DNA of 64,000 nucleotides, taken from the NCBI RefSeq assembly GCF_006345805.1, contig NC_043000.1, positions 108,314,001 through 108,378,000 of the forward strand, given 5' to 3'. The notes below the pieces were generated by a model. The model was not told the origin of the DNA and searched no databases. It was given only the letters and a program-made list of their open reading frames with translations. Made by a program: the position numbers and the translations under genes. This document shows positions 12,830 to 26,214 of this stretch, one piece after another. Each line of letters opens with the position of its first letter. Position 1 is the stretch's first letter. The stretch comes from Octopus sinensis (lineage: Eukaryota).

Positions 12830-13290
12830 ATTCATTTCATATAATTGCTGAATCTTGTATAGATTTTCGTATTTTCTTCAACGACAATAGAAACAAGAAC
12901 GGCTGTGCATTCATCACCACAAATAAGCCATCGGCAGCAATATCAATCACAACAATAGCACCAAAGAGGGGTAATTTAATCAAATAACTGGCTCTTGGAA
13001 AACAGTAATTGCTCGTTGGTAAAAATAAAGTCCACGTCCAGGAACTGTTTGGAATGAGACGCCAAAGCAATTGTGTATAATTGCGGCAGACGTCCGTTAC
13101 GTCATCATGAAGATGTCGAACACAGGGGCAATCGAGGTCGATGGCACCACACCGGAAGAAATGGCTGTGAAAGCAAAACATTGGAGAACTTACAACTCGG
13201 TACCAGCCAACTACGATGCTGGTCTTACTTCAACAGGACTTACTTCAACAGGTATCGACTTGCAAGTCTTCCGACTTCTATATAATGCGT
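12830..13290 (+). mobile_element. Probable decayed RTE-type LINE 3' end
   Basis: Frameshifted peptides (VQEL..GRRPLR..; ..EMAVKAKHWRTY) loosely resemble RTE C-termini; short tandem cttacttcaacagg duplication at the end. Confidence 0.3.
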
Positions 13291-13427
13291 GTTTGGTACA
13301 GTCATGGTGTCTAGACAGAAACAGAGACGCAGTTACTGAGAGGACAAAAAAAACTTATCCAAAAGGGGCTGAAAGGAATCTTTCCATGAAACGACGAGTT
13401 GGAAGAAATCTCTCCCTAAAATATTTG

Positions 13428-13638
13428 TTTCAAATTTTGGTACAGGGCCAGCAAATTTAAGGGAGGGGGAAGTCGATTACATCGACTCCAGTATTCAACT
13501 GGTATTTATTTTATCAGCCCCAAAGGGATAAAAAGTAAAGTTGTTTTCGGCGGATTTTGAACTCAGAACACGAAGACGGACGAAATACTGGTGAGTATTT
13601 TGCCCAGCGTGCTAACGATTCTGCTAGCTCACCGTCTT
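13428..13638 (-). mobile_element. OK-like SINE
   Basis: Shared core and tttcaaattttggtacagggccagc tail. Confidence 0.85.
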
Positions 13639-13779
13639 CTAATCACTCCCTGAAATATTGAAAACACAAAGACCACGGTAAACTCTATAGGCATTTGTGG
13701 GGTCTATTTCAAATGCACAAAAAGGAGAAAATGTGTAAAGAATCTAGAATGCAGAGAGAAAGGAAGATGGACAAAGAGA

Positions 13780-14110
13780 CGAAACCGTTCTTTTTGTACT
13801 TATTCAATGCCTGAAAATCTCTGACATGAATTTGTGTCGAACCACTATTGTTGAGTGTAGAGCTGAAGTGATTCTAATCAAGCCCAATTTAATGACGTCA
13901 CTACCACCTTCTTTTGATCGGGAAAGGCAGGCAAATATGCTCAATCTTCTGACTATGGCAAGAGAACTCTTATGGTGAGCAAGATCGAAATGACGGAGGT
14001 CAACCACTATGGTCAAGTTCCCGTCAACTTTGTTCATCCTTATTTGAAGAGGAAGGTGAGTGCGGAAAGGATGGCTTGACCCGTGCACTCGACCGAGAAC
14101 TCTTGAAAGT
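13780..14110 (+). mobile_element. Tx1/L1-like LINE ORF2 C-terminal fragment
   Basis: DETVLFVLIQCLKISD..SLPPSFDRERQANMLNLLTMARELLW*AR..YLKRKVSAER resembles the post-zinc-knuckle tail of Tx1-type ORF2. Confidence 0.55.
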
Positions 14111-14154
14111 AAAATCGCCGCTTCGTGCCTCGTCGATAACACACGGACACACAC

Positions 14155-14703
14155 AATTCAGCGCCTGACGATTCAGTGCCGACAATTCAGCGCATAAAAA
14201 GTTCTGTGCAGGACATCTTATTGAACTTAGGTAAAGGTTATTTTTGGTGACGACAACAATAAAATAAAATCAATTATTTATGTGAAAACATATAAACATA
14301 GATAATACAAAAAAGAACTAAAAATTTTAAATTATATTCTTTGAACCAGTAGTTGGCTTCTTACATTTTCATAGGAGATACAAATGGTGTAGTTATCGTT
14401 TCGTACGTGCGTGTGTATATATGCTTATGTTTTTTTTTTTTCTGGTCTATGTTTCCTGTATATGTATGCTAGGCGCGGGAGTGACTGTCTGGTAAATAGC
14501 TGGATTACCAGCCACATGGTTCCGGGTTCGGTCCCACTACGTGACACCTTGGGCAAGTGTCTCCTACTATAGCCTCGGACCGACCAAAGCCTTGTGAGTG
14601 GATTTGGTAGACGGATATTGAAAGAAGCCCATTGAAAGAAGCGGTTGTCAAGAGATGTTGGGGGGACAAACAGACACACAAGCATATACACACACGTACA
14701 TAT

Positions 14704-14800
<97 letters not shown>

Positions 14801-15145
14801 GTACGTGTGTGTATATGCTTGTGTGTCTGTCCCCCCAACATCTCTTGACAACCGCTGCTGGTGTGTTTACGTCCCCGTAACATGGCGGTTCGGCAAAAGA
14901 GACCGATAAAATAAGTAGTAGGCTTACAAAGAATAAGTCGCAGGGTCGATTTGCTCGACTAAAGGTCTTGCTTCAGCATGGCCACAGTCAAGTGACTGAA
15001 ACAAGTAAAAGAGTAAAATAGTACGTATAGGTAATCTATTCTATGACTGCTGTATTTGTAGGTTGCATGTGCATGCGCCGAATTGTCTATGCGCTGAATT
15101 GTTTATGGGCTGAATTAACTTGCGCAAAATTGTCGGTGCTGACCG
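14155..15145. mobile_element. Non-autonomous DNA element with inverted subterminal AATTCAGCGC repeats, interrupted by a SINE
   Basis: Repeated acaattcagcgc at 14153-14195 and inverted gcgctgaattg(t) copies at 15075-15140. Confidence 0.5.
14473..15018 (+). mobile_element. Full-length OR-like tRNA-derived SINE with internal foldback duplication
   Basis: Head ggagtgactgtctggtaa..gggttcggtcccact, central microsatellite, tail gactgaaacaagtaaaagagtaa; matches 49234-49676. Confidence 0.92.
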
Positions 15146-15459
15146 CCCACAGATTTGCTGGAAGGTAGATGTGAGTGAAGAATATTCTTCGAGCGAATTC
15201 GGCTTGTTCTCGTCATATGCATATATGTTAAAATTAAGCTTGAGAAAGATTATTTACTGTTGGTATTAAGGACGATCCGGGATTTGACTGGTGACCTGAC
15301 TGACCTAAGACGGTTGTCTCTGTATTGGGATGTTCCATATCATTTCTTTTTTGTTGTTGTTAATATAACATTTCTTGAACGAGATTCTATGAACACCACA
15401 TCGTATTTGGTACTAATAACGTCTCCTCATATAACATTTTAGTACAAATATAAACGGTT

Positions 15460-15900
<441 letters not shown>

Positions 15901-15910
15901 TCATTGCCAG

Positions 15911-16082
15911 GCGATTGAATTCCCTCCCGTCAAAGTTATGTATGGCACCACTGTCTATTGGACAGAAAATGTTGAAGCTGAACAGTCCTCCTCGTTCATA
16001 TCCAGTATGGGCGGAGCTTGCTCTGAAGCCTCTGGAACATGTGACTTTATTAGTCGTGCCTTCACCATTATCACAGGAACAT
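15911..16082 (+). CDS. Candidate internal exon of an unidentified host gene
   Basis: ccAG acceptor and CAT|GTAAGT donor around a unique segment more GC-rich than its flanks. Two open frames: AIEFPPVKVMYGTTVYWTENVEAEQSSSFISSMGGACSEASGTCDFISRAFTIITGT (phase 0 to 1), or RLNSLPSKLCMAP.., which could instead be a LINE WNxLP remnant. Confidence 0.4.
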
Positions 16083-16789
16083 GTAAGTCAATTTTACGTT
16101 TAATTTACTCTTTTAATCAAAAAAAGAAAGGTACCAAATTAATTGCACGACGGATAAATGTTTCCCTGACTGATTCACTATGGTGTCATAATACAGCAAC
16201 AGAGTGAGTATTATAAAGATGACAAAACTTCAACACATTCTTTGGATATAGCTGCTTGAAAGGGGAGCTAATCAAGGTGAATTTATTTACATTCTGTCGA
16301 ACTGAAAATTTGATTTGGTTGCACTGGTTCAATGGATTATGGGATCACTACATCTAGTTGAGAATGGAAAACTACATACGATGAAGACTCTCTGTAATGT
16401 CTAGATCTTCTCTAAATGTACCGGCAATAGCAGCCAATATTTACTGTAAATCATATCTTGCTACCTTAAACAGAAAAAGGGAAAAGAATTTTGTATGATA
16501 TGGTCTGAAGTAAACTAGCTCTAAAAAACTAATGGATGATCACAGTTCGAATTTACTTGATCGCAGGCTAGTTCAATCAAGTCTGATCTATTTTAAGTAA
16601 CATGAGTGACCATAATGTATTTCTGAATCACTTTGTTATTCATAGGAATGTCAATGTTTGAAATTACTATTTAAACAAATAAATAAATATCGAGTGAACT
16701 ATGGAACCAAAAGAATTGCTTTATTTGATAAGAAATACAAATGCATCGTAAGATATTTTCAAAGACGATTTATTTAATCTTCAGAGTAC

Positions 16790-16807
16790 ATATCTATCTA
16801 TCCATCC

Positions 16808-16870
<63 letters not shown>

Positions 16871-16938
16871 ATCTATCTATCTATCCATCCATCCATCCAT
16901 CCATCCATCCATCCATCCATCCATCAATCCATCCATCC

Positions 16939-16989
<51 letters not shown>

Positions 16990-17060
16990 AATTTATCTAT
17001 CTATCTATATATCTATCTACCTATCTATCTATCTATCAATTTATCTATCTATCTATCTAT
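16790..17060. repeat. (ATCT)n/(ATCC)n tetranucleotide array
   Basis: Seen directly. Confidence 0.98.
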
Positions 17061-17699
17061 TTTTTATGGGGTTTTTATATCAACAGCCCTCGAACGTCTT
17101 CACCCTATTGAGGATAAAATATTATTGATTTCTGTCTATACTTCTTTCTTTCTTTTTTATAATTTTGTTAGTCTCGTTTACACACATATTCACACACATA
17201 CACGTTCACACACATTCTTTTTTTGTCCTGTACTGTCCATGTTTTTCTTAATGTAAACCCTTGTGGTTAAGAAATTATAATTATAATTATTATTATTATT
17301 ATTATTATTATTGTTGTTGTTGTTGTTGTTTACGTTGTTGTTGTTGTTGTTGTTGTTGTTTACGTTGTTGTTGTTGTTGTTGTTATCATTATGGCCGTCA
17401 GCCCGGCAAGCCTCGCTTGATCCCACTCCGTGCATTCTATAAAGAAAATGCATTATACGTGTATTTACGCCCTTCAAGCTTGTACCATCATGGACAATAG
17501 GTTAATTGATGTCGAGTGGTGAGTTTATTTTCATGTTTTGTCCCCCAATTTTGGGGGATAGGTCAATTGATTTTATAAAACACGGTTACGCTCATATGTG
17601 AGAGAGGGGAGATAGTGAAAAGCGTTAACAAACCTCAGTAAGAGAGAGAGAGTGCGAGAGTGGGAAGCGACTTCGCGCTGAGAAAAGAACAGACGATAG

Positions 17700-18580
17700 C
17701 TGTATTTTTGTTGAAGAAAAGAACAAAAAAGACAACAGGACCAATCTTTTCAAGCAGAGTCTCTCTCCGTTTTTGACAACATTGTTTGAAATAAAAACAG
17801 CAGTTTCGAAGATGTACACAATGGGAGCCCTTTCATAAGCGAAGCAACGATCGAAGCGAGTACAAGCAACAACAACACCAGCAACAGCAGTAACAACGAC
17901 AGCAAGAACATCAACAGCAATATCAGCAGCACCATCAACAACTACAACAACAACAACAACGGCAGCAACAAAAGCAACAACAACAATGATAAAAACAACG
18001 AAAACGAAACGGAACTGAGCAACAACAACAAGGAATTGAGAAACAAACCGGTGCAACAATTTTCTGAAAAGGAACTTTAAAATGCCTGACAGCAAGTCGA
18101 GAGAGACGGAATAGCTGTAAAGCTAAAATAACCCGCCTGAAACAATCTAGAATACGCTACGCTGCACAGCAACGTACCGTACAATCGGTTTAAAATCAAG
18201 GCGGGTGGAAAGAGCTACAAAGGCTCAAATACAAAAAAGTTTTAGGTTCCGTCTGGAATCTCAAGCAATATATACAGAGTGGAAGGACCTATGGAATGGT
18301 GGACATTCGATTACGCACCGAGGAAGAAACCAAACATCACTCTCCTCTCTGAACCCCCTGAAAAGCGAGGAGCAGTTGTTAGTTCCTTTCTACTGCGGTT
18401 AGAGACTGGTCAAAATCAACATTCAACAGGTGCCGCCAAAAATAGCCATTCCCTGGCTAATTGCTGCAGTGACGATAGATATCGAAGAAAACTCGAAAAT
18501 CCTCGAAGCCTATCAGGAAAACTGGTCCGGGATGACCATAGAACTCCTCATCCAAACGACATAAAAGTATGTGGATCTCA
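17700..18580 (+). mobile_element. Probable LINE 5' region / ORF1 remnant
   Basis: CAA-rich leader followed by frameshifted VDIRLRTEEETKH..LKSEEQLLVPFYCG*RLVKINIQQVPPKIAIPWLIAAV, reminiscent of gag-like LINE ORF1 proteins. Confidence 0.4.
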
Positions 18581-18591
18581 TCCCGGACCAT

Positions 18592-18926
18592 GGTCCTTCA
18601 TGATCGAAGGGGGTCTCCCATTATTATTAACTAGAAAGTTACCCTCCCAAGCACAAGTCTGGGCTAAGTTGTTTATGGAAGGCCAGCAGTCGCCCATGCA
18701 TACCAGCCTCTCCTCTCCATGCCACTGGTGTTATCCAAGAGAAAGGCAAATAACGATACAGCTTGCACCAGTGGTGTCGCAACTCATTTCTGCAGTTGGG
18801 TGAACTGGAGCAAAGTGAAATAAAGTGTCTTGCTCAAGAATGCAATACACGGCCCGGTCCGGGAATCGAACTCACAACCTTACGATCGTAAGCTCGACGC
18901 TCTAACCACTGAGCCATGCGCCTTCA
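18592..18926 (-). mobile_element. tRNA-derived SINE (same family as 22068-22391)
   Basis: The minus-strand head ggctcagtggttagagcgtcgagcttacgatcgtaaggttgtgagttcgattcccgg has A/B boxes; followed by an (AAT)n array. Confidence 0.9.
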
Positions 18927-18963
18927 CAACAACAACAACAACAATAACAATAACAATAACAAT

Positions 18964-19029
<66 letters not shown>

Positions 19030-19220
19030 CATTCATTGATGAGGGAAAGGAACAGAAGAGAATGTTATCGCAGGGTGGGAACAATAATAATGCAAAGCAA
19101 AAGTCAAACATAAAATAATAATAATATTAATAATAACAACAACAACAACAGCAATAATAATAGTAATAATAATAATAATAATAATAATGATAATAATGAA
19201 GATGATGATGATGATGGTGA

Positions 19221-19560
19221 TTTCAAATTTTGGTACAAGTCTGCAGTACCAAAGGAGGAATGGCAAAGTGGTCCTCGGCGGAATTTGAACTCAGTACGTA
19301 AAAACAAACAAAAAGCCGCTAAGCATCTTTCTCGTTTTCCTAACGATTCTACCAGCTCGCAGTTATTTCAAAGTTTGGCACAATGCCAGCAATTTTAGAC
19401 GTGGGTGTTGGTCGATTACATCAACGCCCGTGCTTAACTAGTACTTAGTTTCTCGACTCTGAGAGGATAAAGAGTGAAGTTGGCTTCGCAAGATTCGAAC
19501 TCAAAACGTAAAAAAAAACGAAGGATGTTGTTCGAAGTTCTAACATTTCTTCTAACTCAC
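19221..19560 (-). mobile_element. Two head-to-tail OK-like SINE copies
   Basis: Two successive tail-core-head units at about 19221-19365 and 19366-19560. Confidence 0.75.
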
Positions 19561-19569
19561 CATATGTTT

Positions 19570-20145
19570 TGGCTGAATGTAGAACGTGTGATGAACAAGA
19601 AGAGCCAGTTGTGCATATAGTGTCTGAATGGTAAATTCTTGTTCAGAAGAATTCTAGGAACTGGAGACATGACAAGGTTGCATAAATAATATATTGGCAA
19701 ATCTGTAAAAAGAGAATATGTATTTGAACATATGGGAAAATGGCATGACCATAAAAGAGAACACATCTGTGAAAATAACCAAGAAAGGAACTGCGGAATA
19801 TGAGGCTTCAAACGGATTAGTAAATAGAACATTCACGCCCAGATATTGTTATATACAATAAAAAGGAAAGAATATTTTGCATAATCGATGTTGCCTGTCC
19901 GTTTGATACAAAAGTTATAGACAAAAAAAAAGCGAGAAAATGGAAAAATACCAGAATCTAACATACAGACTTCAAAGAATCTAGAATTGTCGTAAAGTTA
20001 GTTGTCGTTATCATATTATAATAGGTGCCTTAGGAACAGTTTCATGATGGAATGGATGGTGGATTATGTTAGATATGGAAATGAGTTTTCTGACTCGTAG
20101 AAGACCTTGCTTATTTGTAAAGCAAGGGCTATAAGAAAGTTGTTA
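19570..20145 (+). mobile_element. R4/Dong-type LINE C-terminus (CCHC zinc knuckle plus restriction-like endonuclease), decayed
   Basis: CRTCDEQEEPVVHIVSE..RHDKVA..RPDIVI..CIIDVACPFD..IGALGTV, the PD..D REL signature, with stops and frameshifts. Confidence 0.85.
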
Positions 20146-20229
20146 GACAACTAAGGTTTACAGGATTCAGCCTGATATCTAGAGAGAACATATACCGACA
20201 ATGACGAGAGAACAGCAATGAAATTCTGA

Positions 20230-20580
20230 GTGAACAGAATGGAGAATGGAGGAAGAAGGAGTGAAGGAGAAGAAAAAAGAAGAAAAAGGAAGGGAAAAAA
20301 GACGAGGGGGAGTAGAAGAATAAAGAGAATGGGGAGGGGGAGAGAGGATAGGAGATGGAAAAGAAGGAGGAGGGAGGGAAGGAGTAGAAAGAAATAATAG
20401 TAGTTGTGGTAGTAGTAGAAAAGGGATGGAGACGAGGAGGAGGAGGGGAGAAGAAGAAGAGGAAGAAATAGAAAAATAAAAAGAAGATGAAGAAGAAGAA
20501 GAAGAAGGAGGAGGAGGAGGACGACGACGACGACGACGACAACGACGATGACGACGACAACAATAGCAATAGCAACAACA
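20230..20580. repeat. Polypurine (GGA/GAA/GAC) low-complexity tract
   Basis: Seen directly. Confidence 0.9.
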
Positions 20581-20727
20581 AACGTGACATCTGATACAGA
20601 TACAAGGTCAACGGTTTTGAGGCAATATAACTAATCGTTGCCTTTGAAAGCAGGAGTTGAGTGTGGCCTGGGAAGTGATTGCATCATCAACCATGCAGAT
20701 TAAATAAATAAATAAATAAATAAATAA

Positions 20728-20787
<60 letters not shown>

Positions 20788-20975
20788 CCCTTCTACTACA
20801 GGCACAAGGTCTGAAATATGGGGGAGAAGATAGTCCATTACATCGATTCCAGTAGTCAACTGGTACTTAATTTATCGACCCCAAAAGAATGAAAGGCAAA
20901 GTCGACCTTGGCGGAATTTGAACTCAAAACATAATGGCAGACGAAATATCGCTAAGCATTTCGCCCGGCGCGCTA
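20788..20975 (-). mobile_element. OK-like SINE
   Basis: gaatgaaaggcaaagtcgaccttggcggaatttgaactc core. Confidence 0.9.
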
Positions 20976-20977
20976 AA

Positions 20978-21255
20978 GTCTGTTTATTGACTGACATGAG
21001 CATACCCTGTGATCATAATATTTCGGCAAAAGAATTTCATACGCTCAGAAAATATAAAGATTTGCTAATCGAAATCGAAAAGATGTGGCATCTCAAGACG
21101 GTCGCAATACCAGCAATTGTAAGAACACTTGAAATGATCAAAAAAGGAAAATTATTTAAGAATGACCCCTGGCTTACCATTCATGCAGGAAGTGTAAAAG
21201 ATTGTCTTAACTCGTACGTCACAGGTACTGAGAAGAGCATTGTCGCTGTGAATTT
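20978..21255 (+). mobile_element. R4/Dong-type LINE 3' end fragment (REL domain)
   Basis: CLLTDMSIPCDHNISAKEF..KYKDLLIEIEKMWHLKTVAIP.. Confidence 0.8.
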
Positions 21256-21495
21256 TTTGTTTCCCTTTTTCCCCTTTATTTTCTTCGTTTACTTTTTAAC
21301 TTTTTATTTTTCCTTGTTCTCTTTGTCTTTCTTCCCCTTTTTCTCTACAGAGTCTCTATCACGTGACTCTGTAAATGAACAATCTGGTGCGTTTATTTCA
21401 ATTGTGTACCAATGTATATAGTAGGTTTCTCTACCCTAGCTGTCAAGAAGACACTCGGCAAGAAATGGAAACAATTGAAAGAATATGACAATGAA

Positions 21496-21558
<63 letters not shown>

Positions 21559-21639
21559 GATGATGAAGATGGTGATGATGATGATGATGATGATAATAAT
21601 AATAAATGCTCTGATTCAATACCATGCGCTGCTGACTCT

Positions 21640-21910
21640 CATAGCTTCTGATCTTAACTGATTGGAAGTGTTATCTTGTACATTGATTCATTGAGCAATT
21701 ATTCTGCTCAATACCACAGATTTGCTTGTCAGTTGTTTGACCTTACCAGTTGAGCATGTCTCTTAGAGGCTGACGATATGTGCATCTCTGATCACGAGCA
21801 GCATGTGCCTGGTATACCCTTATCAGACAGGTATTCAATATGTGTATCCTGGGCTTCGTATATTTGTACCCCAGTATCACTTTGATGGCATATGCTGCTC
21901 TCTCACTCAA
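21640..21910. mobile_element. Interspersed repeat fragment (SINE/LINE tail type)
   Basis: Sits between (AAT)n arrays and resembles a recurrent octopus retroposon tail; family not resolved. Confidence 0.4.
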
Positions 21911-21936
21911 TGATAATAGTAATAATAATAATGATG

Positions 21937-22038
<102 letters not shown>

Positions 22039-22067
22039 TAATAATAATAATAATAATAAAAGAGGTA

Positions 22068-22391
22068 AAGACCCCCTTCGGTCATGAATGACCATGGGAT
22101 TGCACCTAGAAAGTTACCCTCCTAGACACAAGTCCGGGCAAGGTTGTTTATGGAAGGCCAGCAGTCGCCCATGCATACCAGCCTCCCCTCTCCACGCCAC
22201 CAGTGTTATCCAAGGGAAAGACAAAGGTCGATACAGCTTGGCACCAGTGACGTCGCAACTCATTTCTACAGTTGAGTGAACTGGAGCAACGTGAAATAAA
22301 GTGCCTTGCTCAAGAACACAACACGCAGCCCGGTCCGGGATTCGAGCTCACAACCTCACGATCGTAGGCTCGACGCTCTAACCACTGAGCC
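22068..22391 (-). mobile_element. tRNA-derived SINE, full length
   Basis: Near-identical to 18592-18926; A/B-box head at about 22325-22391. Confidence 0.92.
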
Positions 22392-22419
22392 AATAATAAT
22401 AATAATAATAATAACAATA

Positions 22420-23605
22420 ATAATTACGATCCATCAACACCAGTCCATCTCCGGCCCCAAACACCTTTTTCCAAAAATTTACAAATAAATTCATAAATTA
22501 AATAATACCGGTATTATTCAACCCAGTAATAACAACCGGGAAGTGCGTACTTTAAACTTGTTACACAAAAAGTACGAAAAACTACATGTGCAAAACAATT
22601 TAACGACAGAAATGAACGGAGAGGCACCCTACGAAAATTATGACCGTCAAAATAAAGGGCCGGAAGTTGTTCCTCATGTCCCGCAAATAAAATCAAAAAG
22701 GCATAAATGGACACGTGATGAATGTATTTCAATCGTACACGCTTATTTTACAGCAGTACTCTACCCAAAGAACGAAAGAACAACATATACCCAAAGAACA
22801 ACATATACATGTAAAATATGGAAGAAAAATAACCATGAACCCTAATAAACTAGCTAACATACGAAGATATATTCTCAAAGCGAAAAAAATATCAGAAATA
22901 GAAATAGAACATTTAAAAGGAAAAATACATTAGGAAAATGTAGATAGTAGCCACACAGCAATGCCAAATAATATAAACACTGAGATAGTAAAACACGAAG
23001 ACAGACGTAACATTTCCAACAAAACGAAGTAAACAAAAAACAACAAACCCAGGCCATAGGGATGTATAATAATGTACATAAAAGCACCAATCCAGAACAC
23101 CACAAACATATGAATTAGAAGGAAGGCGAAAGAAATCTAAAACCTGAAAACAGTGAAAGGGAACCTAATGATTATGATACTATAAAAATGAGAATAATCA
23201 AAGAACTGAAAACCACAGATCTCGGAATGGACCACCGATTATACCTCCAAAAATCAAAATAGACAATAAAAACTCAATAATACCTAAACCTGGCCGTCAC
23301 GGAACTAATAGCCACAGAAACAAATGGCAATATCACTGCGCTAAATGACATAATATATGCAGCAGCCACTGCAGCCACAAAAGAAGCTAGATACTCCCTG
23401 AAACTCATCCAAACAGGAGTACCACCACCCAAACAAACACAGTGGATAAATAATTATCCAAAAAAAGAGAAAAAAAAAGAGAAAAGATCTGTCAATTTTC
23501 AACGAAATTAGTAGACAATCAAAGCTACTAAGGAACAAAAAGTAAACAAAAATACTGTGCAAATACGACATTACAGAAAAAGATTTACCTGAGAAAGAAA
23601 ATGAG
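22420..23605 (+). mobile_element. 5' portion of an R4/Dong-type LINE ORF (no RT)
   Basis: KRHKWTRDECISIVHAYF..NKLANIRRYILKAKKISEIEIEHLK..LNDIIYAAATAA..QWINN, typical N-terminal blocks; starts immediately after an (AAT)n run. Confidence 0.7.
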
Positions 23606-24598
23606 GTAACTCACCTTCATTTTCGAGAATTCCAGAAGTTCTGGGCCTCTCTTCTGGCAAAAATGTTTTTTAAAGGTCCTTCCAACAGACTTTTATCAAC
23701 AAATTTTTTTTAATCGCCACACTACCTGGGACATTTTCTGTTATATACGTCTGACAACGTTTGGGGGTTTTAAAGATGAAATCCTCAAATTCCTTTCCCT
23801 CTGTCTCTATTTTGTTTCTGTTTTGACTTATAAAATCCATCAATTCACTGTTTCACCTGTTCACAACACGTAAAGGGTCTCTGATATTTTCCTGTAACTT
23901 TTACCTGCTTTCCACTGTTCAATAATTAAGTTTTTCACTGTATTTGTGAGTTCTTTACTTTTCGCCATTAATATGATACTACTTTATGTTGTCTCAGTGC
24001 TGAATGAGAAAGCTAGCGTTTTGACACTTAAAAATGACAACTGAGAAGATTATTGGAACAAACGAGAAAGTTCTATTAAAAAAAAATTATTTTAACAGTA
24101 TTTTATGGCATAGAAAATTTTCATGAAAATTTCCAGAAAACTTTTCAAAAGTTTTGATGAAGATTTTCAAAAAACTTTTCAAAAATTTTGATCAAAATTT
24201 TCAAAAAACGTTCCAAAATTTTGTTGAAAATTTTTAGAAACATTTTCAAAAATCTTAGTTTATGCATCTGTGTCCAAATATAGTATTGGTATATCCCATT
24301 TATGTTCATTAGAATGTACGAATATTTATTCCTCCCCACTGTTTTTGTTTTTGTCGAAAGCAGTTAAAATTCAAAAATTAATGAAGCGCGTCCCCTGCAA
24401 GGGGGGGGGGGTTCTACACCAAAGCACTATTTGCGCAGTCCAGACAATTTCAGAAATGCAATGGTAACAATAGAAATGAAAAGACGGTGTCTTTGAAGGC
24501 CGAAACGTTTAGGAACACTTTTTCAACTTACGGATTACCTAATTTCCGTGACTTCACAGTATTGCAGCATACTACTACTACTACTAATAATAATAATG

Positions 24599-24656
<58 letters not shown>

Positions 24657-24693
24657 TAACAATAACAATAACAATAACAATAATAATAATAAT

Positions 24694-24977
24694 AGAGATA
24701 CCAGGAAACCCCAAAGTGGCAGAAATTCAAAAGATAGTGTTCATGTGAACTGCTCATATCCTACGCAAAATACTTTCTATGTAATCTCAAGTATTAGATC
24801 AAACTTAATTTTATTATGGTTTCTTAAACATTCTCTAGAACAACACTATGTACAAAACCAAATATATGTCATCCTTGGTATAACACCAACATGAACTTCC
24901 AACTTGTTGTCTCTTGAGGTCTCTGGGTGAGACTTGGAGCCAACTTGTACAAATGTAAAGCAAAAATCAAACATAAA
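24694..24977 (+). mobile_element. R4/Dong-type LINE extreme 3' end embedded in (TAA)n
   Basis: IPGNPKVAEIQKIV..TAHILRKILSM* plus 3' UTR, flanked on both sides by long TAA arrays (24570-24693, 24975-25087). Confidence 0.8.
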
Positions 24978-25004
24978 ATAATAATAATAATAATAATAAT
25001 AATG

Positions 25005-25058
<54 letters not shown>

Positions 25059-26114
25059 TAATAATAATAATAACAATAATAATAATACCAATTGGATAGG
25101 TGTGGAGTATCTCTCTAATGATAAAAGGCAGATTTTCTCTGCCTCCCAAATCTTTCGTTTTTTATACAATTTTTATACAATATAGAATTTCTTCAATTGG
25201 AATTTACCTATGATTTTTCCAAGTAGATTCCATTGGGTCATGGCATGTAAAGTTTTTTCAATTTGACCCCCGATTAAGCAAAAGTTCGAGAAAATTCAAT
25301 ATTTTATGATTTGCCTCTCTCATATAAAGTGCTTCACTCTTTCCATTACCACTACACTTTCTCCTCATTTCTCTTTGCAAGTGTGCAACAATTAAAGTGA
25401 AAATATTTATATAACAGGGATGAGCCATTAATACTGGTCATCCTTTTTGCTAGAGGAAGATCCGCTATGGTCTTATATGCTACACCACTGGTTTTCAATT
25501 CATATTAATCAAATTAATATTCAATTTTTCACCCTTATTATGTGTGTGTGTGTATTAGCAATTCGTATAAAATTGCATCAATGACTTGAACTTGAATAAG
25601 TGGTTTCACATAAATGGGGATAAATTTAAAAGGTTTGTTGTTATTATTATTACTGTTTGACTATTGTAATCACGTTTGTTGGTTCCTCGTCTGGGAAACG
25701 TTGTTGTGTTGCATTTGTTAAATAATTGTAAACTGTAACCCTCCCCCTTTCGGAGAAGGGGCTTTGGTTATTGTTTCAAAATTGAATTGTGTCCCTGTTT
25801 GGGGAAATTGACAATATTTTCACCGTCTTTACGGAAGCATTTTTGTTAAAATGCCTTCGATAGAAGAAAGTCCAAAATGAATTTCGCTGCAGCCATACAC
25901 TTCTATACAAGAGGGAGGACAAGATCCAATTGACCGAAATTGCAAGAGACGAGCCTACAATTCCAGTCTGTTATACATTTTGAGTATTGTTATCACTAGC
26001 GATATCAAGATATAACTTTGTATTTTGTATTTTATGTGTAGATGTATATATAGATGTACATGTAATATGTACACATATATATATACACATATATACATGC
26101 ATAATATATCTACC

Positions 26115-26182
<68 letters not shown>

Positions 26183-26214
26183 TAGGGGCAGGTGTGGCTA
26201 TGTGGTAACAAACT

